A stretch of 64,000 nucleotides of DNA from a phage: sequence record PZ445442.1; one strand, 5' to 3'. How positions within the stretch are numbered: position 1 is the stretch's first letter; each line of letters opens with the position of its first letter. The position numbers were made by a program, and so were the translations under genes. The notes below the pieces were generated by a model. The model was not told the DNA's origin and ran no database searches. It saw only the letters and a program-made list of their open reading frames with translations. Positions 37,535-46,768 of the stretch are shown here, one piece after another.

Positions 37535-38325
37535 CCTCCCTGTGTTTCCACAGGGCCAGACTATCTCTTACTCTACTTCAATAAGATAATAACCCTTTAT
37601 TGTGAGATGCTTACCTTCGGCATTTCCTTCGATAGCCCTATGAACGTTACCTACGTTCAAGTTTAAGGCTTTTGCACAGGCATAGAGTGAAGGATATTCA
37701 CCCACCAAGGTTTTCCCTTTGTATGCCTGCACTTTCCTATAGCACTTACCTGGACAAAGTCCTGTTCGGAAAGCATGTCTCTTATTATCTTCCGGCAAAA
37801 CCCACTCTAGGTTAGACGGATGATCATTCAATGTATTGCCATCTTTATGATTCACTTCCCAGTTTTCAGGGTCTTCTGGGACATCCGGCAAACAATACAA
37901 GGCAACAACCCTTGAGGTTTGGATTCGAATCTTTTTACCTTTGTGGTTGAAAGAGTACATATAACGGCGTTTAACATGCTTGTTACCTTTTCCATAACCT
38001 CCCCACAATATTGGGTGTAGCATTCCACGTTTCCCGTATACGTTTCCAACCTCATCAATCACATAGTTTGATTCTTCACCATTAAGAATGATCTTTTTCA
38101 TAGAGCCTCTCCATTTCGAAGTTAGTATTTCAACTAACCCCTACACTACTTGGTTCAGAAATGTTTGTCAAGCATCTCTGCCTTTCGTTAGTCGTTACAA
38201 CCGTTCCAACTCCTGTAAGAACTAGTCACGGGATTGGCATAGCTTTCGCCTTAGCGTTCCCCGTTAGCCGGATTTACCGACCCCTCTTATGAGGTTAGGA
38301 GAGTTTTACAACGGCCAGTTTGTTA
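37535..38325 (-). mobile_element. putative group I intron in nrdD carrying an HNH homing endonuclease (boundaries approximate)
   Basis: Splits NrdD into two ORFs in the same orientation; GACUA (R-like, around 38223-38227), AAGAGAUAGUCU (S-like) right after HEG stop, CCCUGUG-GAAA-CACAGGG hairpin (P9-like), G before exon 2. Confidence 0.65.
37568..38101 (-). CDS. HNH homing endonuclease (HNH_3 type with NUMOD-like N-terminus and C-terminal HTH)
   Basis: WEVNHKDGNTLNDHPSNLEWVLPEDNKRH matches HNH_3 consensus; own RBS GGAGAGG. Confidence 0.85.
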   Translation of the reverse strand: MKKIILNGEESNYVIDEVGNVYGKRGMLHPILWGGYGKGNKHVKRRYMYSFNHKGKKIRIQTSRVVALYCLPDVPEDPENWEVNHKDGNTLNDHPSNLEWVLPEDNKRHAFRTGLCPGKCYRKVQAYKGKTLVGEYPSLYACAKALNLNVGNVHRAIEGNAEGKHLTIKGYYLIEVE

Positions 38326-39186
38326 ACCGTTGACAGAGGTTAACGTATTGATTTGATAGAGCAAAGTCTGCATGCTGTCAAATACATCTTTATCTGTCAT
38401 TTGCATTGCAACAGTTTCAGCATCCGGCAACCAATGTTCCTGGCAAAATTTAAGGTTCTTCTCATAGGTCGCTCCAGCATACTGTGCCAGATAATGATCA
38501 ATATGGCTCATAGTCTGACCTCCATATTGAGCACTAGCTACAGCACTAGAGATTTGGCTAAGGATTGTTGTTGCAACCCCTATTGACTTCGGCTTACTGA
38601 CATGGGCGTTACCAATGTTGAATCCGTTTTCCAACATATCTGGATAATTTACCAAACAACAGTTTGTTAACGGACTGATCAAGTAGTCAAGATCATGCAC
38701 ATGGATGAAGCCTTTATTGTGCTCTTCTGAAACACGGTCTGGCAGGATCTGTGTTGATGCAAGGTGTTTGCTAAGGATGCCTGCAAGCAGGTCACGATGA
38801 GTGTGTACATGATTAGTAGGCTTATTTGCGTTTTCTTTTGTAAATTCATCACAAGTTCGATCCAAGAAGCCACTAATATCTGCAAGCAGTTTTCCACCTG
38901 CCTCTCTGTTATTATCTCTTGTCTGTCTATACTGGATGTATTCTCTGGCTGCACATTTTAAACCCATATCCATAAGAGCATCTTCAACAAGGATATGGAT
39001 ATTTTTTACAGAGATCGTGCACTGGTCGGTTGGTAGATTGTTAGCCACAACTTCATTAACCGCGCAGGCGATCCGGTAAGCTTCTTCTTCAGTATGTCCA
39101 GACTCAAGTAAGGCGGACTCTGCCGCCTTGATCACCTTAATTCCGTTATAGAACTCTTCTCTACCGTCCCGTTTTACAACTTTCAC
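38323..39186 (-). CDS. nrdD: anaerobic ribonucleotide reductase NrdD, exon 1 (N-terminal ATP-cone part)
   Basis: MKVVKRDGREE ATP-cone start, HVHDLDY motif; stop lies just inside intron. Confidence 0.8.
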   Translation of the reverse strand: MKVVKRDGREEFYNGIKVIKAAESALLESGHTEEEAYRIACAVNEVVANNLPTDQCTISVKNIHILVEDALMDMGLKCAAREYIQYRQTRDNNREAGGKLLADISGFLDRTCDEFTKENANKPTNHVHTHRDLLAGILSKHLASTQILPDRVSEEHNKGFIHVHDLDYLISPLTNCCLVNYPDMLENGFNIGNAHVSKPKSIGVATTILSQISSAVASAQYGGQTMSHIDHYLAQYAGATYEKNLKFCQEHWLPDAETVAMQMTDKDVFDSMQTLLYQINTLTSVNG

Positions 39187-39461
39187 TTTTTCTCTCCAAA
39201 ACCATTCTTAACAAAAGAGATGAAATCGTCGGCACCGCCTATATGGACACTGTCAAGATCGCTTTCTAAGAAGATCTGCGGCAACGTTCTGGGGACAATT
39301 GGACTGCACTTCTCAATAAGCTCTTCTTTTGTGTAGCCCTCGCCAAGTGTCTTATATACAAAAGGCAGACCTTTGCTGATTGCAAATTCTTTTGCTCTGA
39401 CACAATGTGGGCAGTTATCCTTACCGTAAATGATGATGAAAAAAGATTTTTCGCAGCTCAT
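39183..39461 (-). CDS. glutaredoxin/NrdH-like redoxin
   Basis: Active site YGKDNCPHC (CPxC); 92 aa; between nrdB and nrdD. Confidence 0.7.
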   Translation of the reverse strand: MSCEKSFFIIIYGKDNCPHCVRAKEFAISKGLPFVYKTLGEGYTKEELIEKCSPIVPRTLPQIFLESDLDSVHIGGADDFISFVKNGFGEKK

Positions 39462-39464
39462 ATA

Positions 39465-40553
39465 TTAAAACTCCCAAATTTCTTCTTCAGCGTCGTTAAC
39501 AGTTGTGTTGACGCGGTAGTCAGTGTTCGACATTTCTTGGTTCGCCGTCTGTTGTAATGAAGGTTTCATCCACACCTGCATAAACGGTAGCGGGTCCTTT
39601 GTTGGCGGCACAAAGTCTTTGTCGATGTCGTAGTAATCATAAATCGGTGAGCAGTTATAGTCAACCCACTCTTTAAGCAACGGTGAGTTAAGACCTATAA
39701 TCGCTCTTCCTTCGCTGAAAATATAGTCACTCCAACCGTACTCTTTGGTTCGTACTTCATCAAGAATCTCTTTTAACTCCCCCTTTATCTCAAGGAAGCT
39801 TTTCTCCCATGCGGGATCATTAAGCAAGATATCAATGATGGCAAAATCACCTTTCGAATGTAGCATTTCGTCAAGCATGATTTTTTGAACAAGCTGCGCC
39901 ACCTGAACAAAGATACCCTGTTCAGCTACTGCGAAAGTGCATGCAAAACTTGCAATAAACTCAATACTTTCCAGAGCTAAAAGTGCAAAAAGCGCTCTAA
40001 GAATGCATTTCCGCACAACATCTTCTTCAACACTAGAAGGATCCAGGCGGTATTTTGCACCAATAACCTCAAGCTCTTGCATGTATTTGACAATAACGCC
40101 GGATCTGCTCAGAACGTTTTGGTTTTCCTGAATCTCTTCTATAATCTCACGGGCATTGGGGAGGCATTGTCTAACAATCTCTGAGTAAGTTAGTGCGTGA
40201 AGAACTTCAATCTCTGACTGTTTCATCAATAGAGTGAAAAGCTCACTATTAGTGATGAATGGTGAAAAGAGGCAGATGATCGATCTTGCCGCAACGCTAT
40301 CAGCCTCCCATTGCCACATCAAGGTCTGCACCATCACGTCATAAGTTGACTTTGAGCATGTTACAAAATCTGAAATAGATTGCGACAAATCCACTTCATC
40401 CTCTGCCCAATCTTGCTCTTTTTGTTTTTTGTATAGTTCAAACAGTTGTGGATATTTTTTGTTGATAGAGTCGTACATACCCATTTGCTGTCCCAGAAAC
40501 AGCGGATAGTCACCAGTTTTATGAGCGGTGTTCTCAGCATTAAATACAGCCAT
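39465..40553 (-). CDS. nrdB: ribonucleotide reductase class Ia small subunit
   Basis: Di-iron ligand motifs (EVLHA, ESIEFIASF, DEMLHS), C-terminal acidic tail; start moved to MAVFNAENT with GAGGTAG RBS. Confidence 0.85.
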   Translation of the reverse strand: MAVFNAENTAHKTGDYPLFLGQQMGMYDSINKKYPQLFELYKKQKEQDWAEDEVDLSQSISDFVTCSKSTYDVMVQTLMWQWEADSVAARSIICLFSPFITNSELFTLLMKQSEIEVLHALTYSEIVRQCLPNAREIIEEIQENQNVLSRSGVIVKYMQELEVIGAKYRLDPSSVEEDVVRKCILRALFALLALESIEFIASFACTFAVAEQGIFVQVAQLVQKIMLDEMLHSKGDFAIIDILLNDPAWEKSFLEIKGELKEILDEVRTKEYGWSDYIFSEGRAIIGLNSPLLKEWVDYNCSPIYDYYDIDKDFVPPTKDPLPFMQVWMKPSLQQTANQEMSNTDYRVNTTVNDAEEEIWEF

Positions 40554-40591
40554 TATTCTACCTCTAAAATGGGGCCGAAGCCCCTTTAAAA

Positions 40592-42907
40592 TTATAGTGC
40601 ACAGCTTTCGCAATACGGATCTTCAACTGAACTATCTGCAATCAAAGGATAGTTCTTTCTGGTTTCATCTTCAGCCTGTTTCTTGGCATGAAGTTCCTCT
40701 GCCAAGGAGTCACCAGCACCAACCCTAGAGTTTAAATAATACCATGTCTTCATCCCGAATTTAGTGGCACGGATAAGGTACCCTAACTGCTCCTTCATTG
40801 AAATTTTACCATCTTTCAACTTGGTGTAGTCTATGTATAAATCCGCGCTGATTGCCTGACCTGTGAATTTTTGAATCACGGCATACATATCGATCATGTC
40901 GTTAGTATCAACGTCCCAAGCCGAGGTGTAATACTCTTTCAACTCATCATAGTCAGGAACGATAAACAGCACCTGCCCTTGTGGCGACTTTTTAAAGATA
41001 ATGTGCTCACGGACAGGATAAACCCCGTTAGTGGTGTTTGTTGCCAGCGAAGAGCTTTCATTAGGCATATATGCTTCAAGAACGCTATTACGTAGCCCAC
41101 CATTCTCAATGATTTCTTTACGTAACCCTTCCCAATCCTGTTTAAGAGAAGGATCTTTCACCACGCTATCGACCTCTTTGTTATAGGTGTCGATTGGTAA
41201 CCAACCTTCTGGATATTTTGTTTTATGCATCCACTCGCAGACACCACGCTCTTTTGCCAACCGTAAACTTGCCTTATGCAAGCTGTAGCTGTGAAGTTCT
41301 GCAAGATCGTGAACGAGCTGTTTACTTTCAGGAGACCCGTAAGTAACCTTGTGGCTGGCAATAAAATGTGCAACATTGGTAAGGCCAACCCCGATGGATC
41401 TGCGTTTTTTAACTGTGCTTTCCATATTTTCATACGGATATGTCATGATTTCCATAACATTGTCAATCATAAGCACCGTATAGTATGCAACATCCTCATA
41501 CTCCTCTGGAGTAACCCTCCCAGCTACAAGAGATGACAGGAAGCACAATGCAACCTCTCCATCATCAGCATCGTACTTGAAGATATTACGCATATCTGAA
41601 TAGCCTTTTGTCGGGAGGGCTATTTCTGCACACAGGTTGCTTGAATAGATCACATCTTTAAAAGGTGTATGTCTATTCATCTCATCTGTCCAGTATACGT
41701 ACAGCCTTCCCACCTCAGTGCGCTGCGTGATCAGTTCAACAGCAAGATCTCTGGCTCGGATCCATGTTTTAGGAATACTGTCATCTTTAGCAATACGATC
41801 AACCTCTGCATCAAACTCCTCCATAGACATGGTGAAGATACCCTCATGCAGTTGAGGCGCGTGCTTATAAGAAACAAGCATCCAATCTAAATTCTTAGCC
41901 ACACGGTTGATAAACGACCTATTAATACCGATGGAGTAGTCCATGGTGTTGATTCTTTTTGAAGCAACAGTCATAGGGTTTCTCAAACGGATTAGCTCAT
42001 CAATCTGCGGGTCCAGTGCAAGGAATGATACTGTTGCAGAACCACCACGTGATTGTTGTCTGTTCTCCTTAACCCCAGCATCAATACCTCGATAATATGG
42101 AATCTTACCCATATGTTTAATAGTGTTACCACGAACACCATCGCCTGCAGATCTTGAGGATAAGTAGTAGCCGATACCTGCTTGATTAACCGTCATTGTG
42201 TACGCAACTTCACGTGCCACACCAATAGATTTTGCTGTATCGTCAGCTTTTATTACACAACAAGATGCATATCCTGTCTTACCTGTGCGCAGCCCGTTTA
42301 AGTACGGTGTCGGGGCATTGATCTTTAAGTCGGACAGATAAGTGTATAATTTTACAACATCGTTGATACGACGTTCTTTCGGCATATTCTTCATGACAGC
42401 CATTGCTATCCCCATAAACATCATCTGGGGAGATTCAAACAAGGTGTCTTTAAGAGTATCCTTGATCCCATATTTGTCGCGAAACTGTTTAAGGACTGCA
42501 TAGCCATAACCGAGATCTTTACTGTGGTCAATAACAGCGTCTAAAGTGTTTAGCTCGGTAAAGCTATAACCCATATCCTCCCAATAACCTTTCTCAACCA
42601 TGTCATTGTAAAATGATGGTAAGGAAGGGATCTTTGTAAACCCTCCAAAAGCCTCTTTATAGATCTGACCAATAAGAACACGACCAGCCATACAGGAATG
42701 TGCTTCGTCTTTACGGCTAACACAAGAGTCTATAATAGCTTGGTTAACTTCTTTGGTTGTACATCCATCATACAACCGCTTGTAGGCATCCAGTGCAATA
42801 TGTGACCAATTGCCGTTACCATCGTCACCGAAAATAGCTGCCTTATTTAAACGTTCTGGATCGAATGCCACTTCACATCCGTTGCTTTTAATTACCTTGG
42901 TGATCAA
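40592..42907 (-). CDS. nrdA: ribonucleotide reductase class Ia large subunit
   Basis: ATP-cone N-terminus, NLCAEIALPT active-site motif, C-terminal CESCAL. Confidence 0.9.
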   Translation of the reverse strand: MITKVIKSNGCEVAFDPERLNKAAIFGDDGNGNWSHIALDAYKRLYDGCTTKEVNQAIIDSCVSRKDEAHSCMAGRVLIGQIYKEAFGGFTKIPSLPSFYNDMVEKGYWEDMGYSFTELNTLDAVIDHSKDLGYGYAVLKQFRDKYGIKDTLKDTLFESPQMMFMGIAMAVMKNMPKERRINDVVKLYTYLSDLKINAPTPYLNGLRTGKTGYASCCVIKADDTAKSIGVAREVAYTMTVNQAGIGYYLSSRSAGDGVRGNTIKHMGKIPYYRGIDAGVKENRQQSRGGSATVSFLALDPQIDELIRLRNPMTVASKRINTMDYSIGINRSFINRVAKNLDWMLVSYKHAPQLHEGIFTMSMEEFDAEVDRIAKDDSIPKTWIRARDLAVELITQRTEVGRLYVYWTDEMNRHTPFKDVIYSSNLCAEIALPTKGYSDMRNIFKYDADDGEVALCFLSSLVAGRVTPEEYEDVAYYTVLMIDNVMEIMTYPYENMESTVKKRRSIGVGLTNVAHFIASHKVTYGSPESKQLVHDLAELHSYSLHKASLRLAKERGVCEWMHKTKYPEGWLPIDTYNKEVDSVVKDPSLKQDWEGLRKEIIENGGLRNSVLEAYMPNESSSLATNTTNGVYPVREHIIFKKSPQGQVLFIVPDYDELKEYYTSAWDVDTNDMIDMYAVIQKFTGQAISADLYIDYTKLKDGKISMKEQLGYLIRATKFGMKTWYYLNSRVGAGDSLAEELHAKKQAEDETRKNYPLIADSSVEDPYCESCAL

Positions 42908-43212
42908 TTTGCTTCCTCCACTTCACTAACGTATTTATCAAGGCAGGTATCAGTATCTTGCTGGATAAAAGTATCCTCTTCTACAGAGATATTTATAATT
43001 TTACCTGTATACTCGTCATAATAGACATCATCATACATTTTAATATCGTTTGTCAGGCCATTGAACCAAAGCCAACCAACATACTCTGCCCGACTTGCAA
43101 AACCAAGATCCTTCCACTTGGAGTTATGACTCATCTTCACCACCTTAGCTTTCAATACCGAATAATTTTTCCAGGCGATGCAGATCTTCAAAATTGAAAG
43201 GTTCATCAACAA
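42904..43212 (-). CDS. hypothetical protein
   Basis: 102-aa ORF overlapping nrdA start. Confidence 0.45.
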   Translation of the reverse strand: MLMNLSILKICIAWKNYSVLKAKVVKMSHNSKWKDLGFASRAEYVGWLWFNGLTNDIKMYDDVYYDEYTGKIINISVEEDTFIQQDTDTCLDKYVSEVEEAN

Positions 43213-43645
43213 TATGAATATCTTCAGCCTTTTCAGATTGTTTTGTATACTTTCTTACATTAACACGATCCTCTACAGGGATATCATACGGGAGATCTTG
43301 AACAAGCATTGCCTCACCAGGTGCTTTATCTACATCTAAAATATCTACACCGTTATACATTTGTGGGTATCTAAAGTCTGCACGCATGACACCAGCAAAT
43401 ACATCTGCCTTTCGATAATGTGTTGGCTTATTTTTGCATCGAACGTTTTTTCCACGAAGAACATCAATACTTTTTAAATCAAACCCTACGGCAAAGAGTG
43501 CAGCTCGGAGACCGTTTCGTGTGCGAACGTTAAACCCGGGGACGGTAGATAGAAAATCTAAAGTAACTGAAATAAATGTCTTTTTAGGAATCATAACATT
43601 ACTCATATCTGTCTCCATTTCTGGCTCACCAACAAAGTGAGCCAT
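43145..43645 (-). CDS. hypothetical protein
   Basis: 166-aa ORF. Confidence 0.45.
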   Translation of the reverse strand: MAHFVGEPEMETDMSNVMIPKKTFISVTLDFLSTVPGFNVRTRNGLRAALFAVGFDLKSIDVLRGKNVRCKNKPTHYRKADVFAGVMRADFRYPQMYNGVDILDVDKAPGEAMLVQDLPYDIPVEDRVNVRKYTKQSEKAEDIHIVDEPFNFEDLHRLEKLFGIES

Positions 43646-43704
43646 TATTATAGATTATCTAATACTATTAGTCAACACAAAAGTTACCTATCGCTGTGAT
43701 AGGA

Positions 43705-44688
43705 TTAACCTTTCACGAAGTGGTTATTAAGCAGTTGTCTGTGCTGAACCCACCCACAAAAGTTGGCAGACCAGAATTTACCATCACGGTCTTGATGGGT
43801 TACACCTTCCTGCCAAGTACTGATGTCTTGTGTGATTTCACATGAAGACAGGTAGTAGTTTAAACGTTCCATTGCGTTATCGTGATCCATAGGTGTTGCC
43901 TGGTGCTCGTAAGGGCTTGCATGAATACGATCCCCACCAATCAATTTTTTAGCCACACTATCTGCCTTTTCAAACGTGCTGTCAATATTTCGATAAGATA
44001 CTTGTGCACAGCAACTAGCACTGATAGACAGAGCTTCTTTAGTATCGAGAATGCAGAGCTTTCCTTCTGTGTCACGTACAGCGTAGTTAAACTCTCCGTC
44101 CAAATAAACGTGCTCTACATATGGGGTGTGCCATTGACCCGGTTTAAGGATTTCAGGAGTGCTATTCTCAAGAGCCTCCCACATACAATTAGCTAACATC
44201 TGAATCGTAGGATCCGCATCGTGCCAGCAACGGAGGTGGAAAAAATTATTCCACTCGGTGCTTGTTACAACTGTTTTCATGCGCTGGAACGGCTCCACTA
44301 AGCGGTTACATACTTGCTTATGGTAACCAGCAAGGGCGAACTTCTCTGCATGCCAAGCGGCGTTTTTTGCAGCTTCTTTCCAAAACTCTTCAGGAGTTAG
44401 CTCCATGTCAGTGTACTCTACACGGATCTTTTGATCGTGTTCCCCACCATCTTCCATTCCTCGCTTATTTACACCGAAGCGAACTGGCATTGCCGGATTC
44501 TCCACAATCTGTTGCAGCATCTTGCCGACAGGTACTGCACGGGAAGACATGGCGTTTCGGCTGAACACTCGGTGCGTCATAAGCTCTGAGTGAATAATTC
44601 GAGGATACTCTAGTTCAAAAGTGGTGATACGCTTACCTTTCTCGGAAATGCTGTCAGCAATAATCTTTGCAGTGCACAGTTTTAGCAT
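43705..44688 (-). CDS. thyX: ThyX-like (flavin-dependent thymidylate synthase family) protein
   Basis: SELMTHRVFSRNAMSSRAV aligns with ThyX signature HELVRHRHASYSQQSQRYV (first Arg replaced by Thr). Confidence 0.55.
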   Translation of the reverse strand: MLKLCTAKIIADSISEKGKRITTFELEYPRIIHSELMTHRVFSRNAMSSRAVPVGKMLQQIVENPAMPVRFGVNKRGMEDGGEHDQKIRVEYTDMELTPEEFWKEAAKNAAWHAEKFALAGYHKQVCNRLVEPFQRMKTVVTSTEWNNFFHLRCWHDADPTIQMLANCMWEALENSTPEILKPGQWHTPYVEHVYLDGEFNYAVRDTEGKLCILDTKEALSISASCCAQVSYRNIDSTFEKADSVAKKLIGGDRIHASPYEHQATPMDHDNAMERLNYYLSSCEITQDISTWQEGVTHQDRDGKFWSANFCGWVQHRQLLNNHFVKG

Positions 44689-44888
44689 TATTTAGCTCTC
44701 CTTGTTTTAATTTTGGAAATTTCGTCTGGGTTTATGTTGGCCTTAAATGCAAGGTATCTGTTGAACATGTCAGAGCACATATCTTGGGTGATCCTAGAGG
44801 CATACACTAGCTTACCTCCTAGATCATACACCTCTAGCCAGTCACCGTATCTGACTACAGGATCGCCACCTTTAGAACATCTGCCCAT
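44688..44888 (-). CDS. hypothetical small protein
   Basis: 66-aa ORF. Confidence 0.4.
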   Translation of the reverse strand: MGRCSKGGDPVVRYGDWLEVYDLGGKLVYASRITQDMCSDMFNRYLAFKANINPDEISKIKTRRAK

Positions 44889-44889
44889 T

Positions 44890-45483
44890 TCAAATACCTT
44901 CTAAAAATTTTCCTATTTTATACCAGCTATTAGCGGTATAGTCAACACTGACCTTTAACTCCTCGAATTGCTCATAAGGCGTATCTTTTAGGATTTTAAT
45001 AACTTCAGGTCGTGAAGCGAATTGGTTCAGGTATTCATGCCTGTCGTCAATTATAACATCTACAGCCACATTCCCTTTGAAATGTGTGGCGTAGAAGCCG
45101 TGGCCCTGGGTGTGATCGTCCAGATCCATAAAATCACTGGTCCAACGCTTTAAGAACCTTGATTTAGATGCAAGGTGACCTTTCTTGCATACCGAGATAA
45201 ATGCAAGCTTGTGACCACGAGCCACCAAATCTTTCATAACCTCAATAGCCCCCTCTTCAGGCTTAAGGAAGTCGTAGAGGAACGGATCACTCCAGAAATC
45301 AAAAGGTCCTATGATGTTTTCTTTGGGACGATCAGGCCAATACTTTGACAGATCGTAATACATTAGCCCATTAGATGGTTTAGCCACTGTCTTACTGGCT
45401 GGACCATACAAACGCTCCAACCACTCCCACCATGCTGTTCCTGAATCTACCAGTGTCAGATCTACATCAATTCCGATTAACAT
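44890..45483 (-). CDS. HAD-family 5'(3')-deoxyribonucleotidase-like phosphatase
   Basis: N-terminal HAD motif I IGIDVDLTL (DxDxT), later IIDDR. Confidence 0.5.
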   Translation of the reverse strand: MLIGIDVDLTLVDSGTAWWEWLERLYGPASKTVAKPSNGLMYYDLSKYWPDRPKENIIGPFDFWSDPFLYDFLKPEEGAIEVMKDLVARGHKLAFISVCKKGHLASKSRFLKRWTSDFMDLDDHTQGHGFYATHFKGNVAVDVIIDDRHEYLNQFASRPEVIKILKDTPYEQFEELKVSVDYTANSWYKIGKFLEGI

Positions 45484-46091
45484 TCTTCTTGGGCCTCTTT
45501 AGCATCAATATACTTGCACACAATCTCCGATGCACACTCCCAAGGTGCACCTTCAGGGTTTACAACATCAAACTCAACCCCTTTTATTCCGTTCTTTTCC
45601 AGACTTAGATAGGTTCTGGAATCATTTCCCCAGTCATATCCTACACGGTGAATACGGAACAACAACAGATCTCCACCTGTGCTGTATGCGTACTCGCTAA
45701 GGCATGCCAGCTCCTCTTTGAATCCCCCATCGGAGTAAACAATAACCCCTTTACCTTCAGGGAAATCTTTCTTCAAAGATGCGACTGCGGCTTTACCGAA
45801 AGCATCTTCACCAAAGATAGGTTTAATCAGATTTTCACTACAATGGATCATCCATTCTCGCGGAGAAACATGCTTGCCGTCTATCATTAAGAAAGGGCAA
45901 GGCTCTTCTTTGTAGTGGCGGTCATAAAGTGCATTCCAGAGTTGAGGAGTTACACCAGCTGCCTTAATTGCCACACTGAAGAGCATTTCCTTAACCTCAC
46001 GGTGGTGTGAGTTAGGAATAGCTTCCAACAAGAGATCTGCAATGTGATCCTTACCACTGCTGGGTGGGGCGTTAAGAACAATAATATCCAT
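45477..46091 (-). CDS. deoxynucleoside monophosphate kinase-like P-loop protein
   Basis: MDIIVLNAPPSSGKD resembles T4 gp1 dNMP kinase N-terminus (LSGVKRSGKD). Confidence 0.5.
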   Translation of the reverse strand: MDIIVLNAPPSSGKDHIADLLLEAIPNSHHREVKEMLFSVAIKAAGVTPQLWNALYDRHYKEEPCPFLMIDGKHVSPREWMIHCSENLIKPIFGEDAFGKAAVASLKKDFPEGKGVIVYSDGGFKEELACLSEYAYSTGGDLLLFRIHRVGYDWGNDSRTYLSLEKNGIKGVEFDVVNPEGAPWECASEIVCKYIDAKEAQEEC

Positions 46092-46294
46092 TAAAAACCT
46101 CCGTGGTATTCTTCAACTGCATCAATAATACTTTTACACTTATCTACCAGCTCGTTAGCCACTACAGCATCGTCTTCCCAAACAGCTTCCTCGATCTGAT
46201 CAAGCAATGATCGCATCTTACCCATCATTTCTGGGATAAAGTCTTCTGAAAAGCTGTCTGGAATTGTTAACTTTAGTGTCATTGCGTTCTCCAA
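46091..46294 (-). CDS. hypothetical small protein
   Basis: 67-aa ORF. Confidence 0.4.
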   Translation of the reverse strand: MENAMTLKLTIPDSFSEDFIPEMMGKMRSLLDQIEEAVWEDDAVVANELVDKCKSIIDAVEEYHGGF

Positions 46295-46309
46295 TCATAC
46301 TATGCGTTA

Positions 46310-46768
46310 TTAGAAGTTTGTTTTTACACGTCCCTTTTCATCAACCTCGTTGTTGGCTAGAAGCGTTACAAAGTCTGTGAAACGGACATGAAGAACTCTT
46401 TTCTTATCAAGGTATCCTAAAGCCACCCCTGAGAAATTTAGCATCAAAGGGGCTAAAGAAGCTCTGGCACTGAAATGCTGTTGTTCTACCCTTCCAACAC
46501 CCTTAGTGTAGGATGGGTTAAGATTGTAAGTTCTGAATCCCAGTTTTGTTGGAGCTTTAGAATTAAAAACAACTTTATAGCGTTTCTTACTCAACTTATG
46601 CTCCAGGATAAGCATTCCCTTATCACCCTTGATAAGTTGAAAATCTGTAAAGTGCTCTTTTAATACGAAAGGTAGTGCCAGTCCCATCGCCTGCCCCCTT
46701 TGTACCGCTGTCTCACCAAAAGCTTTTGCATCAGTAAGTTCTTTGGTCAAGTCTATGCTTTTGATCAT
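46310..46768 (-). CDS. hypothetical protein
   Basis: 152-aa ORF. Confidence 0.45.
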   Translation of the reverse strand: MIKSIDLTKELTDAKAFGETAVQRGQAMGLALPFVLKEHFTDFQLIKGDKGMLILEHKLSKKRYKVVFNSKAPTKLGFRTYNLNPSYTKGVGRVEQQHFSARASLAPLMLNFSGVALGYLDKKRVLHVRFTDFVTLLANNEVDEKGRVKTNF

